A stretch of DNA of 63,973 nt, the filler included, from Hausera hauseri (lineage: Eukaryota), in NCBI GenBank assembly GCA_046269625.1. It is 9 parts of 9 records of this genome, joined end to end, with 100 filler letters (N's around TTAATTAATTAA, not from the genome) between each part and the next. Parts side by side here need not be neighbours in the genome. Positions count along the whole stretch, not along the records: positions 36,848 to 41,030 come from JBJURY010715214.1; positions 41,131 to 51,726 come from JBJURY010165531.1; 7 more parts are not named here. One strand, 5' to 3'. The notes under the pieces are model-generated. The model made no database searches. It worked only from the letters and a program-made list of their open reading frames with translations, and was not told the DNA's origin. Shown piece after piece: positions 36,748 through 51,826 of the stretch. The number at the start of each line of letters is the position of its first letter. Position 1 is the stretch's first letter. Made by a program: the position numbers and the translations under genes.

Positions 36748-36847
36748 NNNNNNNNNNNNNNNNNNNNNNNNNNNNNNNNNNNNNNNNNNNNTTAATTAAT
36801 TAANNNNNNNNNNNNNNNNNNNNNNNNNNNNNNNNNNNNNNNNNNNN
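36748..36847. other. artificial contig linker
   Basis: N-run with TTAATTAATTAA. Confidence 0.97.
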
Positions 36848-39189
36848 ATAACAACTTTTCTAAAAATCATTTCTTATTTTAACAATAGGGTGTCCTCACT
36901 CGGGGCACCAGTTTATATGTTGGTACAGGGGTCGTCTTTGGACCTTTATCTCGTCACAACATATAAAAATTTAGGTACCCACATTTACTGAGAAATATAT
37001 TCACCTCTTCTTGATGTTTAACTATGATTTCCTCACTCATCTCATGATCTGGGTTTGTGAGTTCATTAGTTCTATTTCTTATAACCCTTCCATTGTACTT
37101 TATTTACATACTCTTCTCGTATGCTTATCACAATATTGATAACGCTAATCGAAGGGGTCAACTGTCTCAGGCACCGCAGTAATCATCTTGATCTACCCAT
37201 CCAAACATCCAAGATTCCATATACTTTAGCTCAATTATTAAATATTATTTTAAGCATGGCAAAAAATAGGGTATAAGGATCATAGTTATTACTGCATATC
37301 TTTCCATGTAATTAATACGAACGTAATGTCTATAGATTAATATTACAATCAATGAACAACTAATAAAAGGAAATCGGTCCACCAACACAACATTGCCATC
37401 CGAAAACAATTATATTAATTTCAAAATTATATTCATCTCTAACACAAGTCTCAGACGTTATACGAATACACGTGTCATGATACTATACTTACATCTATAT
37501 ACTAAAGTCAGTCGTTCAAAGTACGACAAATATAATTCAACATCAAGACACTTACAAGATACAGAGTCTCGTGAATACTAATATACATGTACAGATTGCC
37601 AGTTGAACAACCGTATGAAACCGATTTTGTAAACTAATCAAAACCATTGCAACTTTCGAATGCTGCCATTTCAATAATTGTGTGGAACCAATCTTGTACT
37701 AATAAAAAACCTTGCAACTCTCAAATGCTACAACTCCGATCAAATCTCAGCCAGCTAGAAAGCACAAATGAAAAATAAATACTGAAATTAAATGATCAAA
37801 TGCAGAAATCGAAACTCACCATGTCATACTCCAATGCAAAAAGTTCAAATTAAATTCAAATTTACAAAAATATAATTTTATAAACGTAATGCGATTGAAT
37901 AAGTCTAAAAGAATTAATATAGCTATCATGAATCCCACCGTTTAGTCCAAGTTGGTCGAGGTGTCGGGCAATAAGAAGGGATGACTATGGGAATTGTCAG
38001 TGTAATTGAAAGTAGGGCAAAAGATTACAACTATTACTGCATACTTCTTCATGTAGTTGATGTGAACATGACTACAATCAAAGAGCGACTAAGAGGAAAT
38101 CAGTTCAGCAACAACAACACTATCATCTAGAAAGAAAAGTTGACTATTTTGATCTCAATCATAAAATTATATTCGTTCCAAACGTTGTGGTTTACGACAT
38201 ACGTCACGATGATCTATTTATATTCATCGACAAGATACAACCGGATACGACAAACGCGATTCAACTTCGAAACTTTAAATAAATCATTCGATGAACAGAA
38301 TCATCACACTGCTGACGATATCATTAATCCAAGGCAAAACCATATATTGAAACCACAACACAAAGACGGACGCTGTCATGAGTTCGTCACTCCTCAATCT
38401 ACAGGTCCTACCGGATTATCCCTTATTTAACTTCGACACAGGCCAAATTTAATCAAAATAAATTGACTAATTAACTTCCACGCGTTAACATTATTCGCAA
38501 AAATTCTGCAACTAAGTTCGACTTAACAATGCTATTAATAAAATACAATAACCAAATCATAACAATACTATATATAAATAATTCTATAACGGTTGAATTA
38601 TCTACACTCATGACCACAGATCAGATTCATTCACAATTTCATAATACCCTTGGACCATTCGTTGTATCCCATTGGTCATCTGATATAATCCGGTGCTGCC
38701 ATCGTTTTCCCATGAGCCCCGAGTATGGGTCCATAATATTTCATTTGCATTCTTCTGGGTAAATATTTCGTCCGACTGACCGCGTATTCAACATGTATCC
38801 TTGCCCGCCGAATGCCCCGAGAAGCTCTGGTTCAATCGCCATTCCATTTCTCTTTGAGCATTTTTCTTTATACAATTTTGCGTAACGCATATTTGTAATT
38901 CAATTTATTTTTTTATTAACAAAAATTTATTCAAATATACCAAATTACATAGTCAGAAACAACAATCACAAATAAACTGAAAAGAAAATTACCCAGCGCT
39001 CCTGCGGGTGAATTGTTGACGTCGACATTGTTTCCTTCGGCCATTATTAATTTTCTACTATAATGATGATTGCAATATATTGATATAGGATCTAACCTAA
39101 TCTTCTCGAAGTCCTAACTGTAAATTCTGAGAGTGAGAATATGTAGGTTTTGTGTGTGTTTTTGTGTTTATTGCGCAAGTATTTATAGT

Positions 39190-39580
39190 GGAACGTTCGA
39201 CACCATATCGTTTGTTTCCATTTTTGGAAATGGAATTTTCAAATTTCGAAATTGGAACGTTCGGTACTATATCGTTCGTTTCCATTTTTGGAAATGTACT
39301 TTTTTCATTTTTATATTATTCGATTTTTTCAATTTCAATTTTTTAATTTCAATTATATATTATTCGATATTTTCAATTTCAATTTTTTAATTTCAATTAT
39401 CACAATTATTCAAATTTGTAATATTCAAAATCATTTCATTTCATTTTCTACATTTTATAATTCTTCAATTTTTTTGCGATTTTCAAAATTATTCGATTTC
39501 TTTTATGCATTGTATTATTCCCCATCGAAACTATTTGATTTCTTCCATGCATTCGATTTCTTTCATGCATTGTATTATTT
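39190..39580. repeat. cluster of short tandem duplications
   Basis: GGAACGTTCG..TTTCCATTTTTGGAAATG x2; TATATTATTCGAT.TTTTCAATTTCAATTTTTTAATTTCAATTAT x2; TTCGATTTCTTT.ATGCATT x3. Confidence 0.75.
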
Positions 39581-41030
39581 CACGTATCTTTTCAGTTTAT
39601 TCGTCTGAGGATACATTAAATTTACAAAAGGCAGAAAAACAAGAATGTCCATCATGTGGGACTTAACAAGGTAAACAAAAGATAGGGTAAAAACAAAAGA
39701 TAATTGAAATAAGTTTTAATCAAATGTGACGCACCACAATTACATTGTTATATTCAAAATCAATTGTTATATTCAAAATCAGTATCCATTGAAAGTATGT
39801 GCAATTTCATCATCATTAATACATCTAGTAAATGTTGTTTAAGGGGTCGTAACACATTCCACGAAGAAGGTAATATTGTTTTGCTTAAAAAGGCGTGATT
39901 ATTGAAAGAAGTTGTGATTGTGTTTAATCTTTATTTCTTCTTTGTTGTAAAATCCTGCTAACCTTTTAAGGGTTGGGGAAAAATATAAAATACACAAAAT
40001 AAACACAAAAATTATTTTTTGCCAAGTTTAGATCTTTGACTCAGAGAGTCAAGTGATGGCACAAGAAAAAATCACTTCTACTACTAAGTAATATTAATAA
40101 ACCTACAAAGGGTTTACATACCTAGTAATGTAACCAGAGCCAACCATTAATCGAAACCTTAGAAGTCGAAGTTTAATAAGATTTGACGATAAATTACCTA
40201 GTGTTCCACTGAAAAAGATATAAGTTTACTAAAATTACCTATTGTTCTGTTAGAAAGAATTAAAATTGATAAAGAAAGATACAAAAACTGTTGCACAAAC
40301 ATAGCTTACAAAGAAGTCAAAACAATTAAGCCGGACACAAAAACAATTCAGGGAATTTCACTTTAACTCTGTGACTCCATATCAATACTGTCGACATGTT
40401 TCGGGATATAAATTATCTAGCTGTATAGAAAGTAATTTTGAAGACAAAGAGATAAGAAATGCTGCATGCTTACACATAGAGCGGGCTATTATTCAAGACT
40501 ATACATAAGTATTAGTATAATGAGGTACCTAAATCTTGAACTGGACGCAAGAGGGAAGGAGAAATAGAAGACCACCGAAGACAACCTGTCGTTGAACAGC
40601 GGAAGTGGATTTGAACAGCATGAAGCACAGCTGGGTACTACACGGAGGCTGGCTGAAGACAGAGAGAAGTTGAAATCATGTATTGCTGCCCTATGAGACC
40701 CCGCAAGGCGTGCTGGATGATGCTTGATTTGACGGTCTTCAGCCAAGAAAAGACGATCATGCTGCAACCTTTAACCGATATAATAAACTAGATAGCAGAT
40801 AACTGACATCTCAGTCCCTGATGAAGGAATTTGTCGCTGCCAGGGAATAGCTGACGCCCGACACGGACTTTAGTATATTTAAACAGTAAGGAAAACTCGC
40901 GGCCAGAGATTAAACAATTAATTAAGTAATGAATGTAATAAAAAGGCGCTCATACAAACGAATATATGAGAAGCAGAAGAAGAACACATTACGCAATAGA
41001 AAAAAACAGAAAGGACATTGATCACTCCAG

Positions 41031-41130
41031 NNNNNNNNNNNNNNNNNNNNNNNNNNNNNNNNNNNNNNNNNNNNTTAATTAATTAANNNNNNNNNNNNNN
41101 NNNNNNNNNNNNNNNNNNNNNNNNNNNNNN
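41031..41130. other. artificial contig linker
   Basis: N-run with TTAATTAATTAA. Confidence 0.97.
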
Positions 41131-43331
41131 AATGGCGATGCATCGGCACCATCGGATAATTTGTCATCGTAGCCTTCTGATCTACAGCAATACAGTTCGT
41201 CCTCCTGCACGAGTCTGTTGCCGAAGGACAAATCATTTGTACTACCTCAATCCACCTTCCATCATCTAGTAACAGCACATCAAAGACCAATACGGGAAAA
41301 GGTCCGCCCGCTACCGCCTCGTCGCAAACAGGAAGTGGAGGCCGAGTTCGTTGAACTGGAAAGTACAGGCATAATCAAAAGATCCAAATCCCCCTGGTCT
41401 TCACCACTACATATGGTTCCAAAAAAGATGGCACCTTACGCCCATGTGGTGATTACCGCCAATTTACCACCATAAAAACAATGGATGCCTACCCTCTAGT
41501 GTTAATCAAATTCCGATGGCCCCAGCAGACATTCCGAAAACGGCTGTCATTACACTTTTCGGCCTTTTCGAATACCTTTTCATGCTTTTTGGACTCCGTA
41601 GCGCTTTACAGACATTCCAAAGGCATATTGATACAGTCCTATCAGGGTTAGACTTTGCCTATCCCTATATTGATGATATCCTAATTACATCATCTTTCTC
41701 GAAGCAGCACTCCGAACACTTACGTCTAATATTCCAGCGCTTGCTCCAAAACAACTTGCAAAACAATTTCTCTAAATGCTCCTTTTTTAACATAAAGTAA
41801 ACTTCCTAGGACATGTTATTAGCTCCTCCGTGCATTCATCTCAGCCAGAGAGCATAACACAGCTCAAAAACATATAACTACCACGTACATCTAGAGAGAT
41901 GCGTTCTTTCCACGGAACCTTGTACTTTTTTCATAAGTATGTTCCACACTGCTCCACTCTAACCGCTCCATTTGCATCACCAAGCTCTGGCAAGAAGAAA
42001 CAGCACATTCAATGGACCGTCAAGCTAGTCAACGCTTTCGATCACCTCAAAGACAATTTAAAAGTGTGGAAATCCTGGCCTATTGAGACTCCCATGTAGA
42101 ACTCTTCTTAACCACGGACGCATCCACAACAGTGCAGGTGATGTCCTCCATCAAGTAAAAAATGGATCTCATGAACAATTGGAATTCTTTTCTCGAAAAT
42201 TCACAGAACAAGAACGTCTCCCATCGAAGTCACTTCTCCACAAACATTTTTAGACGACGCGCAGCAATCCAACAATTCACCTTCCATCTTTGCTCAATGT
42301 CTTAATCCACTTTTTCCTAAGTTTTCTATCAAAACTTCCACTTCACTTTCTTCTCACAATTCAGCCTCTTCTTACCCATCCGATGTTGCACCTTCAAGCC
42401 TGTTCAAACCTATTTCATCCTCTCATAACAACCTGCTTTCTTATTTTACAATACCTCCTCCGCCAAACAACGTTTGTACTTCACCAATCTCTCCACCTAC
42501 ACCTTTCATCATTCCAACCTCTTGCATACCACCCTCCAAATACTTTCCTTTGCCTTCTCTATCTTTTCGCTCTCTTCCGCTTGTACCTCTTCACCGCTTT
42601 CTCTCGCTCTCTCCATCTCTTTCCACACCTTCCTCATCTTCGGCGCTTTCTTTCTCCCTTTCTCCTCACAAATCGTCTTCTACCCCCTTCGCTTTCGCTT
42701 CGCAACTCCCTCCTTTCTTTACTTCTATCCCCATCTCTCTTCCTTTTTCTATCACTACCTCTGCTTTATCTTCCACTTCCATTCTTTCACACAATTTTAT
42801 TACGGCTTTTACTCCAACTTCTTTCTTTTTTACTTTATCCGCCACTACACCTTTAGTCATTCCTTCGTCTTCAACAATTTCTCTTCCTCCTTCACCTTCT
42901 CCTTCTCTTTATTCTGACTCATCTTTGCATAACACAACATTCACAACAAAATCCGACATTTTCCCCCAACTTCAACCTCTGCAAACAAACACACAGCATA
43001 AAGACAAAACACGCAAAGTCACATTCAGCAAGTATAGCATGGAAAAATTGTTAGAAGGAACCCAACGTCTTGTATACACTAAGACCGACTGACACAGACA
43101 CTTTTTCGTTTTGCGGTTTTTTTCTCTTTCTTTTTTACCCTTTATAGTTTTCACTTTGCCACGGGGGGTAATGTGGTGCCTGCAGCGGCCGAAGCCCTGT
43201 GGCCCATTTGGTTAGACACGGCCGGGCGTCCGTTGTCGCTTTGTCGGGCCCATAATCGGGCCCCATCCTCTGCCTCGAAAACTTCAAAAAATTACATTTT
43301 GCCAATAATGAATCGTGCTTTTGGGGCCACT
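41131..43331 (+). mobile_element. family A copy A2: RT, partial RNase H, integrase deleted, Ser/Pro-rich tail, PPT and 3' LTR start
   Basis: SPWSSPLHMVPK, YIDDILI; jump at ~42215 to sequence homologous to 1-425 (minus strand); GGGGGGTAA-TGTGG at 43163-43176. Confidence 0.85.
43172..43331 (+). repeat. family A 3' LTR candidate (end uncertain)
   Basis: TGTGGTG follows the polypurine tract; GC-rich segment ends near GGGGCCACTA. Confidence 0.45.
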
Positions 43332-45699
43332 AACGTTTAAACTCAAGAACTTTCTCTTAAAATGCTATATACCGTAGTTTTATATGATGTCATTCAGTAC
43401 GCTAAAAAGATAAAAGTCCCCTGTCTCGTCTGTATAGGCAAGTTAATGGAACAGCGAAATTGTCAAAAGCATTGCCAGCAAATTTATCATTGTTCCAAAA
43501 CAAAGTCTGTCCAAGCGAAAAGCAAGTTATCCTTCAAACAAATACATTATCCGAAGCCGTGAAAAGAAAGTAATCAGACGGAGTTGGGAAAATTTCCGTC
43601 AGGAAGAAAAGGGGCCAATTAGAAAACAAAATAATTCCGAAAGTGACAAACGAAAACGACCTCCGATCAAAATCTAAATGACATTAAACAAATGTTCATT
43701 TCACTCACATCCGAACATTTTGAAAATGGCACTTTGAGTTATCAGCACAATATCGGAAAACCGCATGATTGCTGGTGGTATCTGGGGACTATCTCGACTG
43801 CTACTAAATTGTTTATAAATCCAGCGGTTTCTAGATATTTTATTCTTGATTTATCCGTGTCACTGTTTTTCTTTTTTTTAATTTGAACGTCTTTACATCT
43901 ATTTGATTATTTTCTTCCCGCCCCGCAATTTCATTCGATGTATCAGCTTCGTTGTCTATCAACATGAAGACAGAAAATGACGAGTTATCTGATTCAGTCT
44001 ATTTGTATCGTTACCATTTCATATGAAGATGAATATTTTTATTTGGAACAAAATTCTCCCCTTGCCTTCTGGATATGTTACTATAATTAATTCATTTCAG
44101 TATTTCCTATACCGTTATCCGATAAGGTTTCATCCGAATGAGATTTGTGCTATCGTACGTTTTTCATCAAGGATACTAGTGATGGTGGTCACAATTACGA
44201 TTGGTTGTATTTTTAATATTGAATTTTAATTTTTTATTAAGCTAATGCTGTTAATAAAGCTCTCGAAGGCCTGTTCCTTTTAATGTGTGGTTCATAATTA
44301 AATTGGTTTTCTTTTGATTTTTTTTCCCAATTTTCAGTGCGACGCATTATTCAGAATAATAGACCGTTTCAAACGTTTGTTTTAAGAAGTGTTCCATCAG
44401 TGAAAAAGATAACACCGTATGACAATTTTAAAATTCGCTGCATTATATGCTTTACGAAACCAAGGGTCACCGTTAATCAGAATTTATTGGCTGAGGATCA
44501 AGGCGATGCGTGATCTGCCTCGTTGAATTGGTACATGGAAACATTGTTGCAACATTATCATGCTTCTGCAAATAGTTCTATTATTTATTTGTTTTGTTTT
44601 CTTTGGATTTTTATGCAAAAGTTATTTTTCTCGTGAAAGAGTTAAATTTTGTGTCGAACAAGTGAACTTGCACTTTATTGGGAATGAAATTTCATTGTTT
44701 GTTTTAATAAAGAAAAAAACTGAAGGAAATAAAAAAGAATATTGAATTAAAAAATAAATCAGCCGTATTTTTTGGGAAATTGTCATTCGATTTGATTTTG
44801 CCAATATCATTTAGAATCGGTTTTATTCAATTTTGTTACGAAATCATACTCAGCACAAGTCTTATCAAGACCGTTCTTTTGGGGAATACAATCATTTGCA
44901 ACTATTACTTCAACGGAATTTTATAATTTAACGACAAAATATTTTGCGATCCAAATATCGAGTTTAACCCTATGAAAAAAACGGAATTGCTTCCGAGTTT
45001 AAAGGAAGGGGAATTCTTGAACGTCAAGGATAAATTTCTTTGGTTGTTTTATTCGCTTGGTATTAATAAGAAGGAATACATTGATCATGAACGGATGTAT
45101 GCCGAAGCAGATGCCTATTGTTTCAAAATTTATCATGAAACAAAAATTAACAACGATAATTCCCTAAACTGTTTCCACTTAACAAAACATATGGTCCAGA
45201 ATTATTCTTCGCGAGTTCGCGGTGGTGCTGATTTGGATTGGCATGGTCCATGTAACCATAGAATATTCAGAATTTGATTTTGCAATAAATGTTTTTTTGT
45301 TCATTTTTATGTTTGCTCACTGCCCGACTAAATATTAGTGTGTGATTAATTACAACTTCGATTACATTTTTAGAGGCAATTTTGTTTTACTTCATTCTTT
45401 CTATCTGTTACTAGTATACGAAATCTATATAAACATGAATGTGATAATTGTATAATTTAAGGTAGAATGCGAAGACGTCAGTTTACTGAGGAAGATAGAA
45501 ATGTTGAACGATGTGTGGCTTTAAACGGATCCCATGTCGATTTGAGGATAAATGTTGAAAATAATGGTTTATTAGACATGAGACATGTTCCTCGACATAT
45601 GACACTAAAACTAAAAGAAGTTGACCGTTTGCGGTAATGTAAGATACAGTTTGGTGGTTTAGTCGAGTTTGAGAAGATTGTTGACGGTGACATTAGAAG

Positions 45700-46782
45700 A
45701 TGGAGGTTATCTCCTCGTGCACAAGCATGGAATGAAGACTTTATCGAAAATGTTGGACAAATTTTGAACGAAAAAATTGTTACGTATTCGGAATGCGGAA
45801 GTGGGTGGAGATTACGTCGGATTATTGAATATAAATTTACTGTAACAAAGACATCTGTTATTATATACTTGTCCGGACGATCATATATTAAAACACCTGG
45901 GGGCCTTCATAAGCCAAAGTTTATAGTAAATGTTCAAAATTTGAACAATAATTGTTTTTGTACAGCATTCGTGCTGTACTGCATTAAGATGATGTACGAC
46001 ATAATCATCATCGGCCAAATAATTATCTTCCATTTATGCATGAATTGAATTATGAAGATAGCGAAATGTCAATGAAATTATCTGGAATTTGCAGCTTTGA
46101 GCAAAGAAATCGACGGCTTGCAATTAACGTTTTTAAATACATTAATGATACCAATGATGTAATTGATCAGAATCAGGACGTGTTTAAAAACCCACATGTT
46201 GATATTTTGTATCGTACAAAAACCGTTCATCAAGTCGTATTGTTAACCTATTGGTACTTGAAGACTCTGACAGATTTCATTACGTTGCCCTTGTAAATTT
46301 AAATCGACTGCTGAATTTCAACAATTAGGTGATTCGAATAGGCTGCAAATGGTGTCAGATTTGTTTGCATGGCTTTATGTCAAAAGGCATATGACAATCA
46401 TGTTAAATTATGTAGAGACAATCGCGACCATACAACCCTATATGTAATGCCAACATCGAAAAGCTGTCAGTTTACCGACTGGTCTAAGCTTGCATCTCTG
46501 GCTTTTGTCGTGTATTTGGATTTTGAATCTATCTTACCACCTTGTGATGGGTTTCAACAGAAACATATTCCGGTAGCTGCTGGCTTGTTGCTTGTTCCGT
46601 TAAAGGATATGGAATCAACGCCGCAATACTACCATTTCGTAGGTGATAATTGTATTATTGACTATTTGTCATGTTTGGATACTCTGGCAAAGACTGTTGT
46701 GGTTCCATGGTATGATAGGAATACTCATTGCCCTATGTTTTCATTATCCGCTGAGGATGAGTATGCGTTTCTTCATGTATAA
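45700..46782 (+). mobile_element. Polinton/Maverick-like DNA polymerase B N-terminal region fragment, frameshifted
   Basis: GSGW, GRSYIKTP..IVNVQNLNNNCF, FEQRN..AINVF, C2H2-like HVKLC, FVVYLDFESIL and QKHIP, in the order seen in invertebrate Polinton-type pPolB proteins. Confidence 0.65.
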
Positions 46783-49700
46783 AAAACCGGCAACTTACTT
46801 ATTAACCCCATTAATATGTTTCATGTTGAAGTTAAATGTTGACAAGTATTGTATCTGTCGTTCTTGGCGTGTGGAAGGATATTTCATAGCCATGATGTTA
46901 AGTAAGGGTTTGCGATCGGTTTGTATAATAAAATGGCGAGAGCGATGAGTATGTGGGCGAAATGCTTTAAAGCAAGAACGATCGCCAAAAACTCTCGATC
47001 AAACGTTGAATATCTAGTTTTAGGGGATGTTAGCTTACGAGAGCAAAATTCTAGCGGTTGATTTTCTCCTTTGTAGGTCTGGTCGAGTATAGCACCTACC
47101 ACAGTTGTTGAAGCGTCTGTAGTAAGGATGAGTTCTGCATCAGGCTTGAGAAAAGCGAAAATGTCGACGGTCTTAATTCCTTCGCGTAACTTATCAAATT
47201 TGTCTACCAACGCAGGTGTCCAGTGAATTGGCTAATGTTTTTTACCACTGCTTAAGTGTGCAAATGGTGCTGTCAATTCGGAGCAATATGGTACATATTC
47301 ATGTACAAAGTGTCGAGAAAGCTGCGCATTTTGGTGGTCGTACGTGGAAAATGGATATTTTTAAGAGCTTCGACTTGGTCTGGTTGAGGAGAATGGCCGT
47401 CTGGTGAAATAATGTGGCCTAAAAAGTTGACGCATTTTTTGAAAAATGGCATTTGTTGAAATTGACTTGGAGATTATGGTGGTGGTGGCATTAAAATATT
47501 GCGCGAAGGTTTTCCTCGTGTTGTTTGACCGAAGACGAAACGATCAGAATATCGTCAGTGTAAGGGTGCGCAAACGGAAAATCTGAAAGAAAAGAATCAA
47601 TATGTCGCTGAAAGGTCTGTGCGGCATTTCGCAACCGAAAGACATAAACAGATACTCGTAGATGCCAAAAGGAGTAGCGACAGCACTTTTTTCTATGCCT
47701 TCGGATGCCACCGGTATTTGATGGTATGCTTTGGCCAAATCAATGGTCGAATAAATGGTAGATGAATTAAGGCGATGCAGGATGTCCTTGATATCGGCAA
47801 GGGTGACGTATCCATGTTTGTCAAGTTGTTCAACTGGCGGTAGTCACCGCATGGTCTAAAAGTACCGTCCTTTTTTGTACGGCGTGTAAGGGTGACGAGC
47901 AAAGAGATTTAGAACGGCGTACAATGCTGGGGCGTTCTAGTTTGAGAAATTCCACTTCTACGGCCTGTCTACTACGAGGTGACAGTGGTCACACCTTTTG
48001 ACGCGTTGGTCGTTGATGCTGTGTAATTATGTGATGTACAGTGCTGTTTGTAGAGAGAAACGATCTTTTTTAAGTACGCATAGACATGATATGGTAACGA
48101 ATTGCTGTAAAATTGTAGGAAACTGTGATAGATTCGGTGATGATGGTAAAACAGTTTGAGTAGTAGCGGATGTGATTTCTGAATTGTTTTGTCATGTGCA
48201 GTCAAGTGGTATTTGGTGTAAGATGGTCAAATTGAAAATGGTGTTGGATGAAGTGATTTCGTCAAGTGAATAAACATTGGTTGCAGTATCAAAATTATCG
48301 ATATTGAATCTCTATCAAATATCTATATTATTGCTTAAAAATTTGCGAATTGAATTCTTGTTATGGAAATTCAAATTATTTATTAATTTTTCCAAAACTG
48401 ACCTCCGTGTTTCGATCGACTGCACGGCAGTCGAAATGCCATTGACATGCTCAGTAATGGTGCCAGTGATGCCGTTCCTCAGACATCGTTGACTGCAGTC
48501 AACCAATAAATTATAATGCGATAGAAAATCGGACTCCAGGATTGCCGTCTGGACGTTAGCAACTGTGAACATCCAGTGGAAAAGTGAAGGAAAATTTGGT
48601 AAGATGAAAGATAATTTAGACGTTCCTGAAATGTGCAGCGGTTGACCTGAAGCGGTGTATAAGGGCTTAATTCTGAATGGTGAATTTTGTACAGGAAAAG
48701 ATTGTGGTAATAAGGGAATCGCTGCACCTGTATCAATAAGGAAATCAACGGATTACGTTGTAGGAGCGGTGATTGCAGCCTTTAAAGTAAAGACAGCAAA
48801 AGAGGCGTGTCGGCATTCAGAAAGTGAAGTAGTGCATTTGACAGAGTTTGCCGTGACTTCTGGTGGCAAATTTAGTTTCTTTGAAAAGGTGAACTAGGAC
48901 GACTATTAGAAGAAGAGGTACTACATCCATCGTTGTGTCTGGTTTGAAAGTTCAGTCTGGAATGCATTTACGGGCTTGATTTTTAAACTTTGTGCTGTAA
49001 ATGCAAACAACGGTGTCTGAAGAAAAAATTTTGTTGTAAAATTTGCACCCTAGGCAGCATTTCTTGGCATTCTTATTGAATCTGCTGTGATAATAGCAGA
49101 TTGACGACCGCGTAGACGATGGTGGCCGGTTTCTAGATGCAGAATGGGTGCGCTCAGCAGCAAAATCCTTTCACCGGGACAAGGAAAGCTCGTTTAATTT
49201 GTTGCTTATATTGTTAATTGTTGCTTGTAGTGCTGTAACGTAGTGCTGTAGGCACGTAACTTGTTTAGTTTTTGCTCTATTAATGTGTTGTTGTTTGTAT
49301 ACTGGTAGTGGCAACCGCCGCCAGAACGATTGGCGGGGAGTTTAAGTGCAAAACGTCGTGTGTTTTATCGGCTAATTCGGCCAATTTCTCAAGAGCTGTG
49401 GAGTCCGCCACCACGGTAAGTAGTAGTGGGTAGTAGGGTAAGGCGTTGAGAAAGTAGTGACGCAGTAGTTCGGGATTGTGTTCTTTAGTGACGCCGAGAG
49501 TGTGCAGATGTGCCAAAGATGTGCGTCGAAATTCTGATGGTCGTTGTGTGCCTATAGCATTGTCGTGGAAGAAGCGTTGTATGATCGTGTCTATTGAGGG
49601 TTCTGTGATCTTAAGAACAGCATTGGAAAGTTGTGAATATAGATCAGGAAGTTCAAAGATTTCGATAATGTGGTGAATTTGTGTTTTGATATTGTTAGGG

Positions 49701-50329
49701 AGTAAGTAGAGGAAATTGTGTGCCTTGGTTAAGGAATCGGGGATATTGTTTGCCTGTAGCCACAGTTGATGGAATTGCAACCATGTTTTGCTGGAGCCTT
49801 GGTTGTCAATGAAGAATTCGGTGCAGTTAGGGAAAGGAGCGGAAGAGGTAGTAGATGAAGGGTTATTAACGGAAGTAGGGGTGGGTTTTTGAAGCAGTGT
49901 TACAGATTTTGGTTTCATGGTAATTTTGTCCGCGGTGTCTATGTTTGGCGATGAGTTCATGTCACCGCGGTTACAGAATTGTATGTGGAGGTGGATATAA
50001 GTTGAAAAAGGTTGCAGTGTCCAAATGAGAGGTACTGTGAAGCCGTGGTGTGTGACGTAAAAGTCAGGTGAGCGAAGAAAATTGGAGATGGCGTTGTAGA
50101 TAGCCACAGTTTTTAAGTGTGTTAATGCGGTTGTGTAGATGTTTATTATTTAAAAAAAGGAAGAGGGAATACGGGGAGATCGTGTAGCCAGAGGCGTGTC
50201 GTGGGGCGTCAGAGAACAGTGCCGCCTGACCCAATGGTATAGGGCGGGCGGCTGGGACTTCAGTCTCGCCGCGGCGAATCGCAAACTTCGGTGTAACCGA
50301 GTTCCCACGCATGCAATGTTTCTCCATGG

Positions 50330-50335
<6 letters not shown>
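46783..50335 (-). mobile_element. family A copy A3 (diverged): leader, gag, PR, RT, RH; truncated at both ends
   Basis: ORF 49280..50107 gag, FLIDTGAA, RPCGDYRQLN, LTTDAS, YSTFDREFLAI. Confidence 0.9.
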
Positions 50336-51274
<939 letters not shown>

Positions 51275-51726
51275 TCAAATAAATCCTTGCCTCTGAGTAG
51301 CGTTTGTTTGTTACTTTGTTTGAAGTCGATAACGATCATATAGTTAGAATTCCTACTGGGGGCCACATGGATAGTAAGCTACGTTTCGTTGTGGGCTATT
51401 TCTGGTTTGTATAAACCGATGTCAACAATGCGGCTCTTTGTTAATACATCAGGCATGTGTGCCTTTCTGCCGTATACTTCAACATATCTCGGCACCTTAC
51501 GGGGCTCAGTAGAATTGATACAATGCGTACACTAATAATTACTGAGTCCGGTCGCCGGTTACTACTGGCCATTCGGACAACATCGAAAAACAATCGCTAG
51601 AAGAAAATAAAGGAATAGGAAAGCCAATGAATCCAAAGAAAAAGTTCAAATTAGAGCAGTATGAAATAGGAAGTATAAAAGGAGAAAAGACAGACAAAAG
51701 TCTAACTGCACAAGTCGAAAAAATGG

Positions 51727-51826
51727 NNNNNNNNNNNNNNNNNNNNNNNNNNNNNNNNNNNNNNNNNNNNTTAATTAATTAANNNNNNNNNNNNNNNNNN
51801 NNNNNNNNNNNNNNNNNNNNNNNNNN
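51727..51826. other. artificial contig linker
   Basis: N-run with TTAATTAATTAA. Confidence 0.97.

Noticed and set aside
39190-39580. CRISPR-like repeat array
   Set aside because: Two or three degenerate units without unique regular spacers, in eukaryotic DNA.
39097-39608. Phe/Ile-rich overlapping ORFs
   Set aside because: Produced by T-rich tandem duplications; no coding signal.
40815-40900. CTGATGA hammerhead-like core (also CTGAGGA at ~44491)
   Set aside because: No stem II closed by GAAA and no cleavage-site stems were found.
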